Assembly (NCBI GenBank): GCA_977020255.1
Contig: CDROCS010002459.1
Location: forward strand, 1 to 64,000
Length of the DNA stretch: 64,000 bases
Reading direction: 5' to 3'
Source: Obrimoposthia wandeli
Lineage: Eukaryota
Part shown: piece by piece, positions 53,450-64,000 of the stretch
How positions within the stretch are numbered: the first letter of the stretch is position 1
How the letters are laid out: every line of letters starts with the position of its first letter
The notes under the pieces: model-generated
Databases searched by the model: none
What the model was told of the DNA's origin: nothing
The model's input: only the letters and a program-made list of their open reading frames with translations
Position numbers and translations under genes: made by a program

Positions 53450-54080
53450 GCGCTCATATTTCATAGTGAATGGATGCCGTCGCGAGTTGCTGCATCGTTA
53501 GACATATCTGGAGGTTATGTAGAGAAGAATTGCCAACGAGTTAGTAAGCGCCAGAAAGATGGAACAAGTCAACGAAAATTGTAAAGGTCTGATAAACGCT
53601 GGCGACCATGAAGATAGAAGAATGTTACGCTTGTCCAAAGCTAACAGATTCGATATGGATTGTCAAATAAAGGAACAATCTCTTGGTGTCAATCTGAGCA
53701 CAGTGGAAGGACAACTACGAGCAATTGAGTTGATTGTTATGATGTCTGCGAAACTTCCTACTTGACAAATCACCGCAAGGTAACTCGCTTCAACTGGGCA
53801 ACATAGCTCCTTCACAAGGCTCGATATTTCTGGCCCCAAATTGCTTTTAGTTATAAAGGTTGAGTATGCACTATACAATATGATTGAAGGTTGAACAATA
53901 AGAGACTGGTACAACGAAGACTGCATTGTGACATCTCGTTATTGCATCCAAGGATCATGTGGTGTTTCATTCACTCCACTGATGAGAAATGAAAGTTCAC
54001 TGAAAAGTGATGGATACCAAGAAATGCTAAAATACTCTTTACTGTCAACCTTTAAGAACTATTTTCAAACGAAGACAATG
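53450..54080 (+). pseudogene. Degenerate Tc1-like transposase
   Basis: RRMLRLSKANRF, YLTNHRKVTRFNWA, YQEML, EDNVTPH. Confidence 0.55.
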
Positions 54081-57000
54081 TTACTCCTCATATAACTTTT
54101 ATTATCTTGTCTCCCTCTCGAAAACTATAAATTTATAAATTCCAGTAAATTACTTGTCATTACAATGTTGCATCAATATGAACATGTCAGGGCTCACGAA
54201 GATTTTTCTTTTGCTTCTTCATTTGGTCATGTTGTCTCAAGAAATTCACGAAGTTTCATTTTTGTTTCTTGTATTTCGTTTCGAAATATTGTCGCAGTTT
54301 ACTTACAGAAGCCAAAAAGTTGATGACAGTTGACACAACGCGAACTTGAATCATCATAACCTAATGTAAATCCAAGTTTGTTGTAGTGTGGCTCATATTT
54401 TCATGTTTTTAGGTTGGTTTCTAATATACACTTCGACATAACTGATATATTTACGATGAGAGGAAGAAAGTTGACTATAGCAACACAATATGCATATTAA
54501 ATAGACAAAAAATCAATACAATCAGTAGTGGAAAAACGAGTTTTTAGTAACTAGTTTTTAGCCATTACGAGCTATAAAAAATAATTTCAAATCAATACTA
54601 GATTGATATATTGGTCTGACAGCAGTAGCATGCTGCAAATGGCAAATATAAGCCGTTTTTATAAAAGATTCAGCCGTATAAAAGCTGAGGGAGGCTCGAT
54701 ATGATCTGAAGAGCTTTAATTTTTTTTGTTTTGTTTTGAAGAGCCGTAATATTTTATAAATACAGAATACGAAGTTCTAGAAAATGGGTTTTGGTTGTTA
54801 TTTCATTTGAAGAATTTTAGATATATTATGAAAAAGAAACAAGACGTGTAAGCAGTGAATTTAACAGTCTATTTGGTATCTACTAAGTTGAAAAGAGACA
54901 GTTTTACAAACACTGATAAAAATGTGAAGTAATATATTAATTGAAACTACTGATTTTACAAAAATCTCAAATAACATTGTGGTATTATTTACTATTGAAC
55001 AAACTTCTGGAATCCCTTGTTTAGCATAAATTCATTTTTCATAAATTACCTCAATTTAAATATATGAAGCTCATCTAAAGGACGATTTCTGGTCTTCACT
55101 CCTAAATTGCTTTTGAAGCCATCGAGACTTGGACACATCTCAATTGTAATTATTGGGGATTATTATTTTGTGAACAATAGGAAGGCTTACATCATGAATG
55201 ATTGATAACCTCTAACATTCATTTTATGGTCCTTATCTATTGATTATTTTATTGAATGTTGTATTGATTTTTGTACCATTACCGTAAAAGACTTTCTTGG
55301 ACCAATTTTGCAATTATGAAATCTTCTTGTTTCATTGCGATTTTCTTTCGATATTTTTAGATCTTTCTAATGCTATTAACTTATCCAACAACATTCATCG
55401 AATATTGGAGAATTTGTTTAGCTGGATCATTATTTTGATAGTCTTTGAGTTTGTATTGATACATTGAATTTATTACATATGTACTTACAACGTAGAAATA
55501 ACCTATGCATATGAGTTAATTAAAAACTCTTGATACTTATAATTAATTGATTGTGTTATGAGGCGGTATTTTTCAGAACACACTGCATTGAGTCTATATG
55601 TAGTTTTTGACACCTTAATTCTTCAGAGCTTCGTTTGTGAATATTGGGAAAAAAAAGAGAACTAAATTTCGAAGTCTTAAACGAATATAAAGGTCTGAAT
55701 TTAATCTGTCCCCTAACATATCTGGATAAGGTTTGTCGTGATTTCTTGGCGTGTTTGCGGGTTGCGGGAATAATCCATAAATATCTTGAGTGTTCAGGTA
55801 AAAGGGAGTAATATAAAACGAAATATACAAATAAAATAACTATTTCATCACATAAAGACTGTCAGTCAGGAATCCCTGTTTGAGCTTTACAAAAGAAATG
55901 TTGAAGTTGCTGTATATGGGTTAAGTTCATTAACGCAATAAACAAAATATGAAGAATTTAAACCTAAAACTGTAAATTAGTTCACCAAAAAACTTTCTAG
56001 GCTCATCTCGCAGCTCGGATGGGAGATTGAGAGCGTTCCCACACATAATGTATTGAATGTTGAGTGTAGAAGAAAATCTGAGTGACCGCTACTAATCTTA
56101 TTACATGCCGAGTAAAAATTCAAACCGTAAGCGCACAATCTTTCACAAATTTAATAAATAGAACAGCCTCACAAAGCTTGTTTATACCTTTGGATTCATA
56201 ATGTGTGTAATAGATTGTGTAAACTATCGTAATATGTATGCTGGTGAATGTGTGATTGTGTGGTATGTTTGCATTGCTCAATAATGATCTATTGTAGAGT
56301 GTTGAAGTTGGGGATTGTAGGACGTCGAAGATAGTCAACAAATCGATTTTTATTAATTTTTTAATTATAATCATACTTACAATAACATAATAATAAAACA
56401 GAGAAACATACAAGATAATGAGGGAAAAAGGAAGGATAGGGTCACAACACCTATATATATCCTTAGCACAACAATGGATGCTGTTTATTTATCAATATAA
56501 TTATGCCTGAACTTCGGTCTTCTAACAATGTGCTTGAATGCTTGACAACAATGGTTATTATATATTTTAGACTATCCATGCTTTTTCAAACCTAGTGGCC
56601 CTAGTCTACATAAAAATGTCAATACGATTGAAAATGGCATTTGCTTTGCTCACTATATTTGTATATATTCAAATTAATTTAGTCTTTAAAATTAAATATT
56701 TTTACTATTTCTCTAACAAATGTGCTATTTTTTATTCTCGGACGATTTATTATGCAAAAGAATGATAATAGTATATGATAGCTAACAATTTTTAATCCGC
56801 CTGAATTCTGATTCTATTTAGAAAGATAAACGACAAGGAGGCTAACTGTATTTGTAGAGAAAGACATCGAAGCCATAGGCTATTAAAATGTCGTAAAATC
56901 TAAAAATCCTGTAAAATTGTCAAAACATAGAAAGGAAGTTAAACTTCTTCAAATCACCGACAAATGAATTTTTAGTGCTTTTTTGTTATACACCGAGATA

Positions 57001-58702
57001 AATCAAATACAAAATGTAAATAATATGACTTAGTTTTATCTTTGTACCGTAGATTTATATATTTATGGCCATTTACATTTCATTTCGGCACATTTAATAT
57101 GACCTTGAAATTATAACCTCATATTAAATGCGTATAAGAGAAATCTCATTGCAAATAAATAGAAAAACCGAGCTGAAGAAGCAAAGATTAGATAAATAAT
57201 GATTGATGGGCTTTTACTTTTGATAAGACAATCAAGTTAAATATCAAATATTGTGGTGAAAATAGTTAGACTAATTTTCGTTTTTCTACTTATATTTAAA
57301 AAATAGGATTTACTTATAAATTCCTGTGATTTCATTAAAGTCGTTCATTTCTTTCCAGAAAAAGAACCTACATTTAAAGGCTTTGGGGTAATACTGAAGT
57401 TTGTTGTATGTCTTAACATACTAAATTATCCGTAAGGATTATTTTACCACTCTCTATCGTTATTAATCCGAAAAAATTTAAGCTTTAAAATGAAACTGAT
57501 AATGAAACTGATAAAGAAAAGTCCAGATTCATCTGCATTGAAAACATGGCCTTGAATACACCTCCCGGTGTGTGCTTGGAGTAAAATTTAGTGCATGTGT
57601 GTATAATCTAAAAAATAATTTTCTTTATTGTTTGTAAAATATCAATTTAAGTTCAATAGTATTTATTACAGAAATATATAGGTCAAATATATATTTTAAG
57701 ATAAATAACAATACACAAAACAAAAATTATATTCAATACATCTACTAAATCAAGACAGATATTTAAAATAAAACCCCACATTAGCTTCATTTGAAGAATT
57801 TGTATTTTATCATATGTGTAAATAAAGTATACATTAGTCTGAATTGAATTATTTCATATTTTTCCTTTTAAATGTATACCAATCAAACAACCAAGGACAT
57901 CTCTAAAAACAAGGCTGGGATCAGCTTCTATCTTAAAAGAATTTCCTTCATGTAATTTCCTTTTGTAATAATTTACATACGAAATGTGTCTTTCCACTTC
58001 CACTGGGATCAACTATATGAAATATGGCATTATTATTCAGCTCTATTACGTCTACTCTTTCATTTTAGTATTGTTTTTTATCATCATAGAAGTTTCCTTA
58101 TAAAATGAATAATTCCAGAGCTACTGTTGATGAATTACAAAAGCTTATTAAGGAATATATAGCTGCAATTTGATTTAATTGCTTTTCTTATATAATAACA
58201 TGTGATCTAATGAGATCTTGCAAACCTTTTAAAAATGGATGAATGAAAAATAATATATTTCTTTCAATCAAAATTAATTTGGTCCAATAAAATTCAATGA
58301 TTTAATTATATTAACCAATTAGATTTATGTATTTGTTTCAAATTAGTATGACAGAATGTCATTTAAACGAATCATTATAAATGCATTCATATTAAATACA
58401 ATTACACTCGCTGTAAATTAGTAAGTTGATTCTAGAATGTATCTAGATAATTGTACTGAGTTGATAGGTAGCAATTGTCAATCTATTGGTTCAAATTACA
58501 ATTTCAAACTTTTTAATAAATAAAAAAACATATAGTAAGTGGAATTGAAGGTATTCCAAATTTGCACGCATACACACACATGAAATAATCTCACAACCCA
58601 ATTAAATTAAGGGTAAGGGCACCAAATTGTAGAAACTTAATAGATGGATATAACCCTTAATAAGTGGATTTTCATTATAAACTTTTAAACTTATTTTATA
58701 AA

Positions 58703-59860
58703 ATGGATAATTGGAACCGATTAATGAAGCCATTTCGGATGATTCGGAAGCTGATTCTGACCGAACAGTTGCCATGAATGACGAACAGTCGGTCTCAAGT
58801 CCGAAAACACGACAAAAGTAATTTTTAAATTTATTTAATTTAACTTTTTGAAGGATAAATATAGAGGACAAAAAACGAATTGTCAAGTGCTACGAAGAAG
58901 GACATGACTATGTTGCATTCGCACAGATGATGGGTTATAGGTGCATCGGATCCATCCAAAATGTAGTCTATAGGTAAATTTTCGATTTATAAAATTTTAA
59001 TTAATTTAATTTCAGAAATAAAAAGAATGGTTTAGTCTCGACGGGGCACATCGGGGGCTATAGGAATAAAATCATTAACGCTGAAATTGGAGAGAGTCTG
59101 CTGCAATTCATAGATGAAAATTATACAACTTAGAAGAAAGTCATAACGTTAAGTTGTCCGCAAAAACAATTGGAAACTTTTTGAAGGGACAATTTATAAC
59201 AAGAAAGAAACTTCGGTATTCTGTAGTCGGAAAAAATTCGGAGGCAGTCAATGATCGCAGATGTGAATATGTCACAGATTTGTTAAAAGACCAGTGGAAG
59301 TCAAGTCAATGCGTCTATATTGATGAGACATCAGTGAGCATCTGAACTAGAGAAAGTTGGGTAGATCCCAAAAAGGATCTCGTTTATACCATGTAGTTCC
59401 GCCGCGCTCACAAGCAATAAGTCTTGTGATGGCTATTACAAAAAAAAGGTCCAGTTCATCATAAAATAGTTGCTGGATCTTTCAATCACTACATATATCA
59501 AAGTTTCATTACGGAGCTCTCTATGAAGCTGCCGGACACCATTCATTATTTGATTCACGACCACGCCAGCATCCACAATCGGACACTAACGACGTCCTCA
59601 CTCCATAAAATTTTCAATCTTCTTCCATATAGCCCCTTCCTGAATCCCATCTAGACTGTTTTTAGCCAAGTAAAAAGTGCAATTAGAAAAGTACTCACCA
59701 GGACTCCGGGGACGATCCAGGCCAGCTCCAGTCAAAAGATGAATTTAATAAAAACTACTATCGTGGAAGTAGTAACTTTGGAAAAATTTCTACATCTGAG
59801 TGGTCACTTTGGTCACATCAAAACATATTTTCCATCTTCTTTGAAAAAATAAGACATTTT
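58703..59860 (+). pseudogene. Intron-containing IS630-Tc1-like transposase
   Basis: Introns 58818-58853 and 58974-59015 splice in frame; YIDET, IHDHASIH, PYSPFLNPI* (catalytic E mutated to TAG). Confidence 0.85.
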
Positions 59861-60129
59861 TTGAATAAATGTTTCATAAGCTTCTTGGTCATTTTTATTA
59901 AATCCTTAAATTACATTCTAATTTAACATTAAGTAAAAAATCTGTTAAAATCTTTATAAAATTACATATCATTAGTATGTTTAACTGTTTAACCATTTAA
60001 TCATGTTTAACTGATTTTTACTGTATACAAAATAAAAGGTATTTAAAATTACAAAATTGAATAATCTAAAAATAACTACTTACTAAGTTGCCTTGTTCAA
60101 CTTAGTAAGTTACACAGAGTGTAACAATG

Positions 60130-60575
60130 ATGGTAGAAAGCTAACAAATAAAGAGGGATGATGAAAATTAAGAAATGTTTGAAAATTCGGATAAGATTAT
60201 GTATTAAGAAGTGACACAATATTTTAAATACATAGTTAGGTTTTTAAGACGTCTCAACCAATTGATTTAGTAAATCCTGTGACAATTGAGGGACTAAAGT
60301 TTAGCTATTATTTATCAAATATTCAAAAAACAGATTTTCAATATCTTAAACAGAAAGTTGAAAAACAATTTTATATTCGATCAGAACGATTTTTATATCT
60401 GAGGAGCTAATTCAATATTCTTATATGAATATAGAAGAGTAGTTGGTGTATATGCGTTTACAAAAAAAGAAGCAATGGACTGTAACAATTCGTCTTTATG
60501 GTTACAAGAAGAATGAAATTGGATCAAAGCTACCTATGTGGAAAATTGAACATGATCATATCCATATTTTGACTA
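60130..60575 (+). pseudogene. Degenerate copy of orphan paralog B
   Basis: KKKQWTVTIRLYGYKKNEIGSKLPMWKIE is nearly identical to 26313-26420. Confidence 0.85.
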
Positions 60576-63500
60576 TATCTTTCCTTCTCAGTTGCTTTCT
60601 ACTTAATATTACCATATTTCTTTCATTTGCATATTTCTGCATGTATTGACTTTATTCAAGTAATAAATTGTAGTCAGTTTTCTTTTTATAATATTTAGTT
60701 TTATAATATTTGTATCTTGTTTAAATTTATTTTTATATAAATATTTGTTTTAAATCAGTTTTTTGTTGTTGTAGAATGGGTCCTCTTCGGAGATGTACGA
60801 AATTTTATTACCCTGAAAGACATTCCAAAGTGAAACCAGTAATATTTAAAAAAGACATCAAATTACACATATTATGAATCCTGTCAAAATATTGAAAGTC
60901 AAAATTAAATATTTAATTGTAATTTTAACATCTGATAATGATCATTTCAAAAATATTTTTGAATTTTACAAAGTTTGAATCCTGATTATGTACATGAAGG
61001 AAATTTTTTTAAGATCGAAGCTGATCCCAGTATTTTAGAGATGATCTTGATTATTTAATTGCTCCACATTTAGTTGGATAAATATGGAACATTTCAATAC
61101 GGCTTAATGGATACTATGCTGATGGTGATGAAAAAACCTATTATGCCTTTGCGTAAAGCTAATATGGTGTTACAATACATTTGATTGATTAGGGGGAAAT
61201 TTAGTGAGGATTTGTGAAGAAGGTGACAGAAATCACAGATTCCCTTCTGGCAAAAATGGGACAAAGGCAATCCATATAATTATGAACGAAGTCTCAGTGG
61301 AGCTGACGATATTTGCTCGTCTGTCTATGTCAGAGTTTCTTGAGTTTTAGATTAGATTTTGATTATTTGACCAGTTAATAAATATGTCAGACTGGAATAT
61401 GCAATATCTGGCTGTTAATTGTTTGTCTCTCACCAACGCGGTTGGCTCTAACTTTTGTAACCTAATAACTAGCTGACTGTCAGGTGCACCAGAGAATATT
61501 ATGCGATTAGCTGGGAATCCTATTGGGAATGCACACGAGGACACATCTTGTGCACTCCTTGCTTTTCTAACTTTTCTTTCCAAGTATTGCCTTTGTTAAT
61601 ATAAACAGTGAATTGAAAATAAGACTATTTTATTCATATTTATTCTAGAGAACGAGGTTAAAGGTGACATTTAATACAGCAAATTCAATAAGTCATTTCA
61701 AAAAATATTTTACTCAAAAAGTGATTTGAAATGTTGTTTAACTATTATAATTTTGTCTCCAAAATTTCAAAAAAATATAGCTTAATCAATAACAATCAAT
61801 TATTGATATTTCTCAACTTTTGTGGTACATGAAATCAGAATACCATGTGTTTTAATCAAAGTTCAAATTTTCTCAACGCACCAAAATTCATACTGCATCG
61901 ATTTTATAAAATAAAGTTCAGTAAAAATTGATCGAAAATGCACTCACCAAGAAATATTGACTCACGAAAAATATGTTATTGTTATTTCTTTAAACAATAT
62001 TTCTACATATTTATTTACTATTAATATTTTTTTAAATAAATTGTCATCAAGGCTCAAACATGAATTTCTCATATTTGTGTAATATGAATATATTACAAAA
62101 ACTCTTTAAACGAAATTAAGTAATTTTGATAGGTTTACTAACTTATTTATTCAACTGTATTATTTTTAAATACTGTATAAATGATTATTTGAAAGTATTA
62201 CTATTAATTAATTAAACAAAATTAAATAAATAGTGTAAAATTAGTATCTTTAAAATTTAAATAAATTAAACTGAGAATTGTTATTTTTTGTAGAACTAAA
62301 ATAACTGTTAGATAAATATCAGCATACATAAATACATAATTTAATTATGACTATCTGTACCTGTATGAATGCGTAAGTATTTGTTTCCATTTATTACACA
62401 GTTACCTGTATTTCCCCACAGTGGAATAAAAAAACTCAGCTGAGAACTGTGGATTTTATGTAAATAAATCTGTTACATTGAACAATAACAAAACATTTAT
62501 AATATATTAATAATTACAAATTTGTTTGTCTTGGTAAATACAAACTCACCATAAACTATATCAATATTTGTGCAAACTTTCGGATGAATACGTTCAGCAA
62601 CAAAAAATCTTTGAATACAGAGATACATACACGTCATTCTGCATATATCTAAAATGTCATATTTAATTTTAAAATAAAAATTTTAAATATTCAAAAATAC
62701 CGTATTTTTGGAGTTTTTCACAGGTTTGTAGATAATTCCTTATATTTATATCCTAATTAAACATAATTAGATTCGTAATTAATTATTAAATGTTTTTACA
62801 AAAATGCTTTTTAACAAATTTAATGTCTTACAACTTTTAAAATTTATACCATTATTTTTTACTTTAGCATTTTTTTCAAAAATTAAATATCGATATTTTA
62901 ATATAATTATCTTTTAAAACAATATTTTAAAATATTTCTTTCTGAATAAATTTTTTTGTAGTTCAGAAAATTTTGAGATGATTTAGCCATTTTTGGCAAA
63001 TTTTAATTTTATTTCTTTATACGGAAAAATACCATTGGCAATTCCACAATCAAAAATATCAGTTTGAATTTCATAATGTAAAACGGATGCCTTTTAAAAA
63101 TTCAAAATTCTCAAAATAGTATAAATTCACATAATAAAATATTATTAATATTACTTACATGATTAAGTATGAATAGAGCATTTTTTAATTTAAAACATTT
63201 TTTACTGTTGACGTTTTCATAAAAAGCATTCAGTATATAATTGGCTTTCATTCGATTTATTACTTTACTCAACGATAAACGTTTTTAAAGATTTTTATTA
63301 CCAAAAACAATAAATTCTCAACTTTTCCGGACTTATACTTTCTGATTTAAAATAATAATTAAATAAAGAGCACATGACTTTTAAATTTATCAAAAGTTTA
63401 TAAATTTTTTGAACATTTTGGCCTTGATAAAATTAAAATTAAATGTTTTGAAATTTCTCACAATCATTATTTGATATTTGACACACAAAAAAGGTACAGA

Positions 63501-64000
63501 AATGCTACGGGTAAGTCAATCTTTGTTCTAATTTATGTTTTAACTATATTTCAGATTTTTGTAAAAGTTTCTGAAAACTACGATTAAGTAGAACAGGGGA
63601 ATTCATCCTTTACTGTACAGTTCTATATTTGGAAAAAATAATTAACTGTATATATAAAGCATAAATTTTTAAAATTTTCCACTAATCATATAACCTTCAA
63701 ACTGTGCTCTATGCTATTATTCTCTATCTGTAAACTTTTTCGTCGTTCTTTTCTCTCATGAACGACATTGTTATTAAATTTAACATAATAGGAAAAAATT
63801 CGTTTGCCATACATATCAACTTTTTATTGTTTAGACTGGTTACAAATAGCAGATGAGTGCTGCGAACATAACATGAGAACTCCTCTAAAATAAAATAATG
63901 AAATTAATTGACGTATACACAAGCATTGAACTCACCTTTCGATTTATGTAATGGAATCCACATGAGTTATCAAAAATTCGCAAACAATTTGACCGCTTTC

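Larger units (their letters stand above)
57540..60720. mobile_element. Older relic of the same Polinton family's left end, rearranged and interrupted
   Basis: ~57540-58000 matches the left-TIR palindrome and 25700-26000 directly; ~58210-58400 and ~60130-60720 match the reverse complement of 26945-26200. Confidence 0.75.

Noticed and set aside
61170-61600. piggyBac-like relic (minus strand)
   Set aside because: No diagnostic catalytic motif recognised.

Overview
AT-rich eukaryotic (probably invertebrate animal) genomic window dominated by transposon relics. The centrepiece is a structurally complete but pseudogenised Polinton/Maverick (adintovirus-like) element at 25197-46741. It has ~500-560 bp TIRs starting AGTAGG, a 6-bp TSD with one mismatch (AGATCA/AGCTCA), a plus-strand module (packaging ATPase, small basic protein, integrase-chromodomain, penton, PZ-like, major capsid, adenain-like protease) and minus-strand genes (pPolB, exonuclease-like, coiled-coil and disordered proteins), several of which carry 38-75 nt GT-AG introns. 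A 1.65-kb 5'-truncated RLE-type non-LTR retrotransposon sits inside it between two copies of a 3.4-kb direct duplication. A second, 2.55-kb non-autonomous Polinton (2558-5112) and four further Polinton fragments are present. An unannotated ~135-160 aa protein family recurs five times across three of these elements. Host content is one yippee-like exon, plus degenerate Tc1/mariner, pogo and Chapaev-like transposases. All translations and alignments were done by eye; coordinates of degenerate relics are approximate.
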